Part shown: positions 33,607 through 46,162 of the stretch, piece after piece | Layout: each line of letters opens with the position of its first letter | How positions within the stretch are numbered: the first letter of the stretch is position 1 | Assembly: GCA_025558095.1 (NCBI GenBank) | Contig: JAIVFI010000035.1 | Span: 1 to 64,000, forward strand | Length of the DNA: 64,000 nucleotides | Reading direction: 5' to 3' | Origin: Hyaloraphidium curvatum SAG 235-1 | Taxonomy: Eukaryota; Fungi; Monoblepharomycota | The notes under the pieces: generated by a model | The model's input: the letters and a program-made list of their open reading frames with translations, nothing else | What the model was told of the DNA's origin: nothing | Databases searched by the model: none | Position numbers and translations under genes: made by a program

Positions 33607-34826
33607 TCAGTCGCCGGGGCGGATGCACTGGTGGATGCGGCCCCGTCAGCCTCGGGATCGGACAGCAGCCGGCAACCCACCTCGCGGCAGTACGTTTCGG
33701 TGCATCTCTGGCACTTGAAGTGGGCGATGGCCGAGCATTGCTTGCGGCAGCGTTTGCAAGGGGGGCCGAAAACAGTGGTGCCGAAGAAAAAGGGGGTGTA
33801 TAGAGGCTTGAAAACTTCGTTGAGTTCCGCATCGCAGTTCTGACACATGGATAAATCCACGAACGAGGATCCCGCGGCCTGCGCCAGGTGCGCCTCGGCC
33901 CCTTCCGCCACGTGGGCGGGCATGCCTTCTGCCGCCCACTGCGAGCTGGATTTCAGCGATATGCTCGACACCACCTTCTCCACGGAGGCGAGCCGCTCCA
34001 GCTGGGAATCCGCGGCCCGCTCCAGCAGCGCGATGCGGTCGAGGGCCAGCAGGAGGTGCGCCTGGGTGCCGTCGGCCACGTGCGCAGGCATGTCATCCGC
34101 CGGGCACTGCGATCGTCGGCGTCAGCGGTCGATTTGCGAGGCACGCTCGCGCCTTACCTCGTGGGTGCAGAGGGGATAGGAGCAGGATACCTTCCTCTTG
34201 GGGCACACCGCACGGTGCGCCTCAAGCTCGACGCGCGGCAGGACTTCTTCGCAGCCGTCGATCCCACAGGGGATCCTGGTCTGGGGGCAGTCGTCCGCGA
34301 CATGATCCTGTTCCATGACCGTGATAAGCATTCCGTCCAGGTGCCCCGCACGCCTCATTCCCACCTCCATCTCGACCGGTGGCACCACGGCCGCGCGGCA
34401 GAGCTCGCAGCGGAACCCGGCGCAGCCCCGCATGTGCGTCTCGACATCGGAGACTTGACCCTTCCACCCGCACACCTCCTTGCGAGGGCAGTCAACAACG
34501 ACGGCGAGGTAGGCGCGGTACGCCATCCCGCCGCGTTCCTTGAGCGCCACCTTGGCGGTGATCCCGCCGCGGTCGACGGGGCACCGCGCCAGCGGCCCTC
34601 CTCCATCGGAGCTCCCGTAGTCCCCGTCCTCTTCTTCTTCCTGTCCTTCGGTAGGCCCGTACGGCTCCGCGCACCCGGCGCAGAACATGTGCTCGCAGGG
34701 GAGCAGCAGCGTCGGGTGCCGGTGCGGGAGGCAGTCGTCGAGGCACACGGGGCAGGAGATGCCGACGGCGGCCGCCATGCCCTGGGATGGCGTGCTGCCG
34801 GGCGGCGGGCCGGCGTCGGCGGACAT
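33607..34826 (-). CDS. RING-HC plus TRAF-type zinc finger protein (putative E3 ligase)
   Basis: CPVCLD...LLPCEHMFCAGC...CPVDR RING; TRAF-like C/H repeats (HVADDCPQTRIPC, HRAVCPKRKVSC); C-terminal Cys cluster; two introns; spliced end YCRE/CIRPGD*. Confidence 0.75.
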
Positions 34827-35132
34827 CGTGGGATGGGGACGAGGGGCAGGAACGCCACCCGTGCGTGGCGGGGGGCGTTGAGACGGGACTGAGTCAGGGA
34901 CGCAGGGAGGCGTCGCTCCCTCTTCAACCTAGGAATCTCGCACAGGTGCCGATTCAATGCTCGTACGCTATGTAGAGCAGGGTACATGGCGTTCAGTCCG
35001 CGGAGAGACCCGGGATTCGCGGATCGCGGAGCGCTGGCACCGAGGCGACCCAGCTTGGCGGCCGCGATCGACGCTGCTTCAGCCTAAAGGCGCCATATCT
35101 CCGCCAATGGCAGCCATTCTCCACCTGTTGGC

Positions 35133-36483
35133 TCACCGGTTGACGGTGGACATGTCCGCTGTCGGCGTCGCCGGGTCAGATCATGCCGCATGCGCAAAAG
35201 CGAGATCGGCCCACGGTAGCGCAAGCCCTCCACGCCCTTCATCACGTCCGCCAGCTCCTTCCGCTCCGCATCGCTCAGCTTGACGTCGAAGAACCCGATG
35301 TTCTCCTCCAGCCTCGTCCGCTTGGTCGTCCCGGGGATCGGCAGGATGGTCTTGGGCGACCGGGCGACGCACCACGCCAGGGCCAGCTGCGAGGGCGTGC
35401 AGCCCTTGCGCGCCGCGATCTCCTTGACCTTGTTCTGCCGGGAATCGCGGCGGGCATCAGCAAACCGAACCGGGCCGGGGACCCCGTCCCGCGGCACGAG
35501 GGTACCCACCACGAGCTCGATGTTCCTGGCGAAGCTCTCGCCCTTGAACCGCGGCATGTTTCTCCGCGAGTCGTTCTCGGCGAGGTCCTCAGGCTTGGTG
35601 ATCTCGCCCGAGAGGAACCCGCGGCCCAGGGGCGAGTAGGCGACAAAGGTGATCCCGAGCTCCTCGCAGAGGGCAATCTGCGGCTCCGTCTCCGTGCTCC
35701 ACAAAGAATATTCAGATTGCAGCGTGGCGATCGGGGCGACGGCGTTGGCCTTCTTGATCGTCTCGACCGACGCTTCCGACAGGCCGAGGAACCGGATCTT
35801 GCCCTCGTCCTGCAGCTTCTTCATCGCCTTGACGGTCTCCTCGATCGGCGTCTTGGGATCCACGCGGTGCTGGGTGTACAAATCGATCCGGTCGATCCCG
35901 AGCCGCTTGAGGCTGGCCTCGCACGCCTGCGCGACGTACTCGGGGTCGCCACGGATGCCGAGCCACGCCCCCGAGCGCTTCTCGAAGTCGCGGACGACGC
36001 CGAACTTGGTCGAGATGAAGACTTGGCGGGCGGCACCGGAGATCAGCGGGAGGGGCAACGCGTCGGCCAGAGAGACCCACACTTGTCCCGCCCGAACTTC
36101 TTGATCGCCTTGCCGACCAGCTCCTCGTTCGCCCCCGAGCCGTACTTTCCGCGACGTCAGTGCCCCGTCGCAACAACGGGCGCGACCCGGTGGCCCACCA
36201 TGTCCGCCGTGTCGATGAAAGTCACGCCCAGCTCCGTACACTTGCCGAGCAGGTCGACGAACTCGTCCTCCTTGGTCGGGTCGGGCGCGTAGAACTCGCT
36301 GAGGCCCATGGCGCCGAAGCCCAGCGCGGAACTGGCACGGCAAGAGGGGCGGGAACGCGACGGGGTGGGAGGAAAAGCGCGGGAGGCGGTCAGACGCGTC
36401 GCGGGGGAGACATGCCGGGGCACCCACACTTTGATGCCGGTGCGTCCGAGGTCGATGGTGGGGACGGCGGGGAGGGCGGGCAT
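35133..36483 (-). CDS. Aldo-keto reductase (YakC/AKR13-like)
   Basis: SALGFGAMGLS, FIDTADM, VFISTKFG, IDLYTQHRVD, GLSE, QSEYSLW, AYSPLGRG, PIPGTTK; several short introns. Confidence 0.92.
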
Positions 36484-36915
36484 CGCGGAGAGGTTGCTGC
36501 GAGCGCGATGGACGAGCGGGAGTGGGTGTTTGGTAATGGAGGACCGGTGCCGGTCGTGTTGGGCTCCAGTGCGTAAACAAATCGAAGACCGCTACCGCCG
36601 CCTCGCCCGGGGCTTGCCCTCACGCAACGCCTGAAAAAGGATATCATTGCCCATGGCCGTGCCGGTCGGCGGTTGTTGTTGTTGTCGCGGATCAGTTCGC
36701 AGTCGTCCCGCGGGCCGGGGTGACCAATGGAGGTGTTTCGTAAGTGCGCAGCAGAGAATCACTCTGCATGTCCGAAATGTTTCCGTTCCGGCCGCGGAGT
36801 GCGGCCAGCGGCGGAACTCTTTGCGATGCGGCCGGCTATGGAACCTGGTTGCCACAATGGCAAGCCCCGCATCGCGCCGGATCGCGCAGGCTCTCGTGAT
36901 CTCAAGTCTATCCGC

Positions 36916-39223
36916 TCAGAGTCTAGCCCGGGGCCCAGCCTTTTCGAAGTTCTTGGCGACCTGTTCCTTCAGCTCCCGCTTCAGCACCTTGCCGTTGGCT
37001 GCGGGGCAAGATCGGTCAGCCCATCGGTTCCACGCAACGAGATGGGGAACCCACGATTCTTCGGCAGCTCTTCCGACGTAAACTCGATGAAGACGGGGAC
37101 CATGAACGGCGGCAGCGTCTTGCGCACGTGCGCGACCAGGTCCGCCGCCGACACCCGGCCTTCGCTCCCGGGCTTGAGCCGCACCACGGCCGCCACCTCC
37201 TCGCCCAGCACGGGGTGCGGCACCGGCACCACGGCGGCCTCGAAGACGGCGTCGTGCGTGTAGAGCGCGTTCTCGACCGCGACGGAGGCGATGTTCTCGC
37301 CTGTTGGGACGCCCGAATCAGCTCGCCGCCGCCCACACCGTAGCAACGCCTCCGCCAACCTCCCCGAATGATCAGGTCCTTGCTCCTATCGACAATGTAG
37401 TGGAACCCCTCCTCATCGACCCTCCCTAGGTCCCCGGTCTTGAACCACCCGTCGGAAGTGAGGCTCTTTGCCGTGGCGTCCGGCTTGCCAAAGTACTCCT
37501 TGAGCACCTGCGGCCCGCGGATCCATAGCTCGCCGACGGAACCGGGGGGGACCTCGTTCCCGTCGTCGTCGACGTCTGGTGCGGCGGGTCAGCGGGTCGG
37601 CGGACAGGGGGATCGGAGCACCCACACTTGACGTCGTGGTTGGGCAGCACGCTCCCGATCGCCGCCGGCTTCCTCGCGTAGTCCTCGCCCGAGATGCCGA
37701 TCACCCCCGTGAGGGTCTCGCTCATGCCCCACCCGTTGGACCCCTGCTTGGCCGGGAACTTGGTCTTGACCTGCGCGATCAGCGAGACGGGGGCGGGCGC
37801 GCCGCCGGAGCCGAAGTTGACGACGGAGGAGAGGTCGTACTGCACAAGTGTGGGGGTGTCAGTGGCATCCGGCAAAGCAAAGGGGGAGGGAGACGTGCCT
37901 TGTCGACGTCCGGGTGATTGAGGACCTGAATGTTCATTGACGGCACGCCGCCCATGCTCGTCGCGCGCTCCGATTGGATCAGCTCCATGGCGTGGACAGG
38001 GTCCCACTTGTACATGAGGATGCTGGCGGAGTCGGCCTCAGCAACCCGTCGAACGCGTCCCACGAGCCGGGACATACCACTTGTGCCCGTAGGCCGTGAA
38101 GGCCACCGTCGTCGCCCTGTTTACCGATGATCAGTTCCCACCGCCGCCCCGCCGGCCACAGGTACACCCACGTGTTGGCGGTCACGTGGAACAGCGGGGT
38201 CGTAACCATGTTGACCATCTGCGGGTCCGTCTTGTCCCCGCGCGGCCACAGAGGCGAGCCCGGGCCGTAGCCCATCCGGAGGAGAGCCACGCAGCCCGAG
38301 AACCTGACTGAGCGGGTGGCGCCGATGTAGGCGCGGTGTGTATGGAGAGCACCTTTGGGCTTTCCGGTGGTGCCTGTACGATGGGGAAGGTCAGTGATTT
38401 GATGGACAAGTCGGGAATGATGCTCACCGCTCGTGTAGAAGATTATGCAATGGTCCTCGGGGTCGATCGGCGTGGTCGGAAGCTCCAGCGGCCCGCGGTA
38501 CCCCTCGAGCAGCGCCTCCATCTCCTCCGCCCCTTCGAGCTTCCTCCCCTCCCTCCTGCACACCACCATCGGGATCCCCGCCAGCCCCTTGAGCGGCCGC
38601 AGCTTCTCGTACCGCTCCCCGTCGGCCAGGATCAGCTTCGACCGGCCGTCGAGGATGCAGTACTCCATCTCGTCCGGGGTGAGGAACGCGTTGATGTTGA
38701 CCACCACGGCGCCCATGGAGACGAGCGCCCATTGGCATATGAGGTACTCCGGGTAGCTGGGAGGGGGATCAGCTCGGAAGGGGCCGGGCAACGAGATGGC
38801 CCACTTCCTCATGGCGATGGCGACATGCGTGCCCTTCTCCACCCCAAATTTCCCGCCCAGAACGCCGATGAGCTTCTTGATGAGCACGTCCGCCTGGGCG
38901 TAGGTGATGCGGACGGTTTCCCGCGGCTCCCGCCGCGAGTAGACGAGGTACTCGCGGTCCGCGAACTCGGCGGCGGCCCGGCGCCAGACCTCGCGGCCGT
39001 TCGGGGCTGTCGGCGGCGACTTCCAGACGCGGTATTTGTTTCCCCTGATTTCCTTCTCCTCGAGCTCGAACAGGCCGCCTTTTTCGCGGGGGGAGGGCGC
39101 GTCGGTGTAAATGGATCCCCCGGCGGGCGGGAGACAGCGCCCACCCTTCCCGACGAGGAAATCGCGCGCCTCAGCCGCCGTCATCGGCCGCGGGAGGTTC
39201 GGAGGGGGCGGTGCGGCGGCCAT
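36916..39223 (-). CDS. AMP-binding acyl-CoA ligase (long-chain fatty acid-CoA ligase-like), PTS1 (ARL)
   Basis: IFYTSG/TTGKPKG, PLFHV, NGWGMSET, GWFKTGDLG, DRSKDLIIRGGENI, LPKN.NGKVLKR; last exon ends AGPRARL*. Confidence 0.92.
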
Positions 39224-39429
39224 CGTGCGCCGCGGAGGGGGATCGGCGTCTCGGAGTGGAGGTTTCCCAGCTCGGAGGGCGGGGCGATCGCGGGGCCCGG
39301 ACGCCCTTTCGATCGGACGATGGAAACCGACGAGGACGCGCCCCCGCCGGCGACGGCCGACGATTTCGGAGGCCGCGTCTGGCTTGTCCTCGCGCCAAGC
39401 GCCCCGGTGGCCCCTCCAGGACGCAGGCC

Positions 39430-39927
39430 TTGCAAATCATCGGCGTTCCTACGGAACCAAGCATCGAGAAAGCGATCAAGGACACGTTGTACGGCGGGCA
39501 TAACCCTTTGGTCGCCGACCAATCGCTCGCCGACCTTCGTTAAAATAAACCGATCGGCATTGCCTCGCTGCTGGGCTCCAAGGTGGACAGGAACGCGGTC
39601 GACCTCGTTACGGTGCGGCGGCTTCCGGCGCGCGCACCCTCCCTGCGCTGACAAGATTTCCGATGAACGTAGAAGCTCCTGAACGTCGTGCCGTGGGAGC
39701 GCCCTACGACCGAAGAAGCCCTGCGCCACCCCTGGCTCGCGGGGGCGCTCGAGGGCTTCTACACGGCCGAGGAGCTGCAGCGCATGGCGGGGATCGGTGC
39801 GCCCGCCATCCCGCGAACAGCCGCCGCGCCGCCGAAAGCCGCCGCACCGCCCAAGGCCTCCTCGTTGTCCTCGGAACCGTTTCACGGCGCCGCCAAGGCC
39901 AAGCCGCGGGGCCGTGGCCGCCGCTGA
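39430..39927 (+). pseudogene. Protein kinase C-lobe remnant (CMGC/MAPK-like subdomains X-XI)
   Basis: LQIIGVPTE...AVDL and KLLNVVPWERPTTEEALRHPWL; in-frame TAA at 39541-39543; no N-lobe, HRD or DFG upstream. Confidence 0.55.
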
Positions 39928-40934
39928 TCGCCGAGCGATCCGGAGCAGCGGAGCCGAAGCTGGCCGCACTAGGCTCAAAGAATCCTCTTCGTAACCATCA
40001 ACGCCCTGTTTCCAAAGCTTTGAATCCATAGATCGGTACTCATTGACTGCGCCTCATCTCTTCCGTCGCCCGGCTTCAATCCGCCCAATCCGTCGGCAAG
40101 TAATGTCTTGGGTCATTTACAGACCAGCGCAGCCCCCCGATCTTACCGTTATGCGATCGGTCGTTCTCGTGGCACCCTTGAACGGGTGTGTGGTTCAAGC
40201 CGTGGAAGCGCGGAGCACGAGGCCGAGTGATCGCGAACGATCGTGCCCTACAACAGCGTCCACTCAGTGCTCCTTCCTCGCGGAAGATCCGGCATGCTGA
40301 GCGCTGCTTGCGCGCGGAGCTCACGGGCACTCTTGTCGACCGCGAGGCGACGCGGCCGCGAACGCGCCGGGCCGCGCGCCACGACAGCGGGGCACTGACG
40401 CGGCGCACACGCACCACGCGTCGCTGGACGCACCGCTGGGTTTCTGGACACTTTTTCGCCCTTTTGGAGGGCCCGCCGGACGCAAGGATATTGGGGGAAG
40501 CTCCCTCTTTTTCGCGGCGGTCGGCTTCGCACCGGGCCCGATCTGCTTGGCCACATCGCCACCGCCCGGCCCCCGGCCGGCTCGGACCGAGCGGGATCCT
40601 TCCGCCTCTGCATTCTGACGCCGCGATAGCGGCTCTCGGTCGTCAGCCTTGCCTTTCGAGCTTGGGACCGCGAGTCGGCTGGCGGCTGGTGACTGGGCAA
40701 GGGGATCCGGATCGAGGAGCCAAATCCACGGCCCGGTGGAGTGGTTCTGGCGTGGTACCGGATTCACCGAGCACGGAGTGCGACAAATTGGCCCTGGATC
40801 TGCTTTCCGCGACCGGATTTTGGATTTTCCGGGGGTCCCGAGGGACGTGACTCGGGTGGGTTGCGGGCGGAGCGGCGGGCGGCCGGGGCCCCCCGCCGAG
40901 TCTCCTCAACCACACCCCCGTCGGGCCCCCCACC

Positions 40935-43900
40935 ATGGACGACTACAGCTCGGACGACGGCGGCGGGTCGTCCGCCGGCTCGCCGGACGCGGTGCGGCCG
41001 GCGGGCGGCGGGCGCGGGGGGAACACGCCGCCTGCGCGCAAGGTCGCGTGCCTCCCGTGCGCGGCCGGCAAGCGCCGGTGCGACGCGGCGCGGCCGGCGT
41101 GCAACCGCTGTTCCGACGCGGGCGACGCGGGCTCGTGCGTCTATCCCGTGCCGCGGCCTGACGCCGCCCGCGCCGGCCGCGGCAAGAAGAAGGGCTCGAG
41201 CTGCCTCGCGTGCCGCACCGGGAAGCGCAGCTGCGACGGCGGGCGGCCCGCGTGCTCGCGCTGCGCCGAGCGCGGCACGCAGTGCGTGTACACCGCCGTC
41301 AAGCCGAGGGCCCCGCGGGGCAGCGGCCACCTGCCCTCCGCCTCGCCGCCGCCGGGGCGGCAGCACTCCCTCCACGACCGCTCGGCGTCGCCGGTGCCCC
41401 CCCCGCACTCCCTCTACCAGCCAACGATGGGCATGGCGCAGCTGGGCCCGCAGATGGGGTTTGTGGCGCCCATGGCGCAGCCCGGGTTGGCCGGCTACCC
41501 GTCCTTCGCGGCTCCGCCCGGGTTCGGCGGCTACCCCGGCCCCGTCGCGCCGCCGGGCTACTTCCCGGGAGCCTACCCGATCGCCAACGGGTACGCCGCC
41601 GGCGACGGTTACGGGACGGTGGAGGCGTACGGGCTGGCCGACGGCTACCGCGTGCCGGATGGATCAGGTTTCATACCCGGGGGGGTGGGACCGGCGCCCG
41701 GCATGCCCTTCTACAGCGGCACCATTCCGGGCGTGGTTCAGAACCCGGCGATGGCCCCGGGTGGGGTCGCGCCCTTCCTAAACATGTCGCAATACGGCGC
41801 TTCGCCGGGCGTCTTCGGTGATTATGGCGCCAACGGGTCGGTAGCCGACTACCCCGCCAACGGATCCGTCAAATCGGAGCCGGCGGGTTCGCTGGGCAAC
41901 TCGCCGTCGCCGCCGAGCATCCCCCCCGGCTGGCCCGCCCGGGCCCCGCAGGATCAATCACCGCCTGCGCTCGACACGGCGCCGCCAGAGGTCCTGCCCT
42001 CGATCGCGCGCGCGGAGTCGGCGGCCGTCGCCCTCGCGAGCATCGCCGGTGGGACCTTCCGCCCGTTTGCGGGCTCGGTGCCGCCCGCCGGCCCCGCGCC
42101 GGCTGCTGGTCCTCCCTCCGCCACCGGTCCCTCTCCCCGCGCTGCTCCCTCCCCAGCCGCGGCGCTCGCCTCCCCGAGCGGCACCAGCGACAGCCCCCCC
42201 GACCTCGCCTCCCCCACCGGCCGCCCCTCCCCCGTGCTGGCGCTGCCCCCGGACTACCCCTCGAAGCTGTACCCCGGGATCCCCGCGGGCCTGCTGCCCC
42301 CGCCTGAGAAGCTGCCGGCGGTGCTGGACGCCTTTTTCGGCACAGTGATGCACGACATCATCCACCGCGCGACGTTCGAAGCGCGGCTCGCGAGGGGCGA
42401 GTGCAGGGAGAGGCTGGCGTACAGGCAGAGGTTCAGGGCGCGGCTGGCGGCGCTGGCCGTGGCGCGGTCGGGAGCGGCGCCCGCCGGGGAAGAGGGCACG
42501 GAGCCGCTGGTCCCAGTCCTGGTGCCCAACGACACGATGCCCGAGAGCATGGACACCTTCCTGCTCGCGACCATCGTTTGGGCCGGCGCGCGGATGTCGA
42601 CCACCACGCTCCTGGAGCCGGAAGCGATCGCGGGGCTCGAGGCCTTCCTTGCCGCCGAGCTGCGCGAGTTTTCGGCGTGGCAGGGGCAGCCCGAGCCCGG
42701 CGACAGCGAGGCCATGGAGGCCCTCCGGACCGAGCTCGGGATCGCTGTTCCGTCGACGCCCAGCACCCCCATCCCCACTCCCGCCTCGTCGTCCTCCTCC
42801 TCCGGCGGCCAGCCGCCCCAACCCCGCTTCCCGCCCTTCTCCTCCCCCACCCTGACCCCCGCCGAGCGCGCCTCGCACGACCTCCACATGCGCGCCTACC
42901 ACCGCGACATGTTCGACGCCGCGCTGTCCTTCATCGAGTGCCTCTGGACGCGCTACGTCGTCGGCGACCTCCCCGCCGCGCTCGCGCTGACCGGCACCAT
43001 CTCCCGCATCATCCCCTCGTGCCGCTTCGGGGAGTGGTGCCAACCCCCCGACGACGCCGGGCCGGCGGCGGTGTGGATGCGCGGGGAGGAGCTCCGCCGC
43101 CTGGTGGCGGGGATGCTAGCGGGCGGGGTGCTCTTTGCCGAGCTGCGCAACTCGGCGCCCGGCGGGGAGGTGGTGGTGCCCGCGATGAACGAGGCAAGGA
43201 TGGCGGGGATCGAGCTGCCCTGGAAGGACGCCGCGTTCCAGGCGCTGCCTGCGGCGATCGAGGCGGTGCCCGGGGACGGCACGGTGCCCGTGAGCTACCT
43301 CCCCTGGCTCTCTGCGGGCGGCGAGCCCCGCCCCCGCGTGCGGTTCGGCGACGCGGGGCTGTGGCCCGATCTCCCCCGCCGCTCCGAGGCGCGCGAACGG
43401 GGGCTGCGCGCCGGGTTCGGCAGGGTGCTCGACCTGGGACCGGCCGTGGTGCTCAACATGGTGGCGGAGCTGATGCGGCGGCACCACCGGCTGTGCAAGT
43501 GGCTCTCTGAGCGCGGGCTGGAGGCGTACGACCTCGAGGAAGGGCCCGGGAGGGACCCCGCCGTGCTGGAGGAGGCGAGGGAGCGGCGGCGGGCCTTCAT
43601 CGAGGCTTTGGACGACGCGCGCGCCCACCTGCCCGTGGAGGTGCGCGAGGCCTACGACGCGGGGGACTCGATCGCGCTCCGCATCCTGGGCAAGGCGCGG
43701 TGGGGCAACCGCGAATGGCCGCGGCTGGTGGCCTTCATGGTGTGGCTGCACGTGCTGCAGATCCTCGTGCGCTCGCCGCGGGACTACATCCGCGCCATCG
43801 CGCGGCCGGACGAGCGGTGGCTGTTTGGCCCGGAGTTCGTGGAGGCGAGCGCGCACGCGATCACCGTGTCGCAGCTGCTGGCGGCCATCATCCACGACCC

Positions 43901-44257
43901 GGGCAACTCGATCCGAATACCCGTGTTCCTGCCCGTGGCGGTGCTCCGCGCGGGGTTCATCCACGCGCTGGTGCTCCGGAGGATGTCGGCGGGGGAGGCG
44001 GGGGACGCGCAGGTGATCAAGGGGCTGGTGGAGGACACGGCGGCGTGCCTCGGCACCCTCAAGGTCGGCGGGAACTACTGGTGGGTGGCCTCCCGGTTGG
44101 CGGTGCGGGGATTCGGGGGCTGACGGTCCCGTTCCGTGCCAGGGCGCACACCAAGGCCGTGCACAAGGTGTTCGAGGGGATCGTGCTCCGCAACGAGGTG
44201 CCGTCGGGGGAGCAGCTGGAGGCGCTGCGGATGGCGAGGCCGGTGAAGCCGTCCTAG
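40935..44257 (+). CDS. Zn(II)2Cys6 transcription factor with two tandem binuclear clusters
   Basis: ACLPCAAGKRRCDAARPACNRC and SCLACRTGKRSCDGGRPACSRC; C-terminal region homologous to 28065-31173; intron 44081-44142. Confidence 0.88.
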
Positions 44258-44468
44258 GCGGCGCGGACGGAGGCGGAGGCGGAGGTGTTGGAGGGCTCGT
44301 TTCGCCTGTGGTCAGGGGCCAATGAGATTCCGGACCGGACGTCGCGGCCGGTGTACACATGATCGAGCTGTCTTGATCCGAGACCTTGCCGCACTGCGGC
44401 ATCAGACACTTCAACACTTGGACGAACACTACCAATGGTTTACAGGCACCTTTCCCGCCCTCCGATGT

Positions 44469-45343
44469 TCACGCCTCGACAACCTCCAAATACGCCCCTC
44501 CGACAAGCACGTATGACACGTCCGCCGTGTCCGGGAACACCTCCTTCCCCCGCTTCTTGACCAGCGCCTTGCTCCTCGCCCCCAACCTAAAGTGCGGGTA
44601 GCCGCACTGGGCGAAAATGTCTTCGCTCGCCCGCGGGAGCAGCTCGCCTTTGGCGGGCGTGAGCAGCTGCAGCGTGACGGGCGTGGGCTCGTTCCGGCGG
44701 AGAATGTGCGCGTGGGCGATGCCGTAGAACGAGGAGCCGGTGGAGACGGTGCGGAAGCCGAACAGGGACTGCCAGGCGTCGGCGTTCGCGTCCAGGGCGG
44801 ACGGGTCGGTCCAGATCGAGACGGTGCGGTCGGTCTGGCAATCACGCCAATCAGCAATCCCGCTTCCAATGAGCCGAGACACATGCGACGTACCAGGGCG
44901 TTACCGGTCAGCGGCGCGATCTCGTAGACCATGCCGTCTGGCCCGCGGAACAGCTTGTCGCAGTTCATATACGGCTCGGCCCACCCCTTCTCCCGCAGCA
45001 TCCGCATGGTGCCCTCGGGGTCGTCGACCGGCAGCCGAAACACGGCATCACCCGCGGCGGGGGCGCCCGTCTGCCCCGCGGGCCTGATTTTGGGGTCCGC
45101 GCCGAAGCTCGAGAACACGTCGCGCTCGAGGTAGCCCCGCTGCCCCGGCCGGCCGCGGCGCAGGATCCACTGCCTCCCGAGGCCCGGGTACAGGTTGGTG
45201 TCGCGGACCTCGAAGCCCAGGGCGGCGAGGAAGGCGAGCGACGCGGCGGCTGCTCCCGCGGGCGGTGCCGTGCCGAGCTGGTCGTCCGGCACGCGCGGCT
45301 CGGTGATCGTGGCGCCGTAGTGGGCGAGGCACGGCGTGGGCAT
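44469..45343 (-). CDS. Hypothetical protein with probable VOC/glyoxalase-like fold
   Basis: ASLAFLAALGFE, FRLPVDD, FRGPDGMVYEI and a second repeat WQSLFGF...GGAYLEVV; one intron about 44835-44891. Confidence 0.55.
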
Positions 45344-46162
45344 TTCGGCGCGGCGGAGAACGGCGCGGTTCGGGGCGGAAAGACTGGCCGGGATCCGGGT
45401 TGGGAGACAGGGCGACGTCACCCGTGCCCTTGCAGAAGAGATACACTCAACAACGCCATGTCTCATCCATCAATCTAATTCGGGAGGCAATGCTCAGGTC
45501 TATTCGAAGCTACTCTTGCACATCCCGGTTTTTCCATCTCGGAGCAACGATGCTTCCCCGGTGGCCGTCCCGCGCGGTACATCGGGCGCGCAGCTGGCCG
45601 CGGCCGAGGGGGAAGCCTTTTCCCTTCCGCCCTCGCGGCGCCTGACGCTGGATCTGCGAAGTGCTGGTCCTCTTCAGCCTGCTGACGGCACTTCGGAAGC
45701 TCTGTGGGCATCGGCGGAGACAATCGACGACGCCGCCGTTCCCGAACCGTGCTTCGATTGGGGACCGCGCCCCAGTGCCTGATCGCGAGCGGGGCCTCAC
45801 GGTGCCGTGCTACATCCTCGGGAGGACAAGCGACTGTTATCGGAAGCAGGGTATCCCCGCTCCGCGCGTTGAGGAGGCGGACGGGCTTGATGGGATGCTC
45901 TCGCCAGTGTGGGGCATTGGACGGGCATTGACGGCGTCACTCACGTCCTGGCTTTCCCACTTAGGGTCGGTGGCGATGCAGGGCACTCAGTAGTACGTTG
46001 AGAATGAAGTCCTTGCACAGTCTTTGTCTTTGCAATGTCCCATATAACATCTCTTCTTCCGTGACAACCTAGAGTGACGGCGCTGATCACGTGGAGCGTG
46101 CGTTGGGAGTGGAAGACGAATCCCCCAAAGCAATCTCCTTCGCCGGCGGCGCGCAAGCCCCA

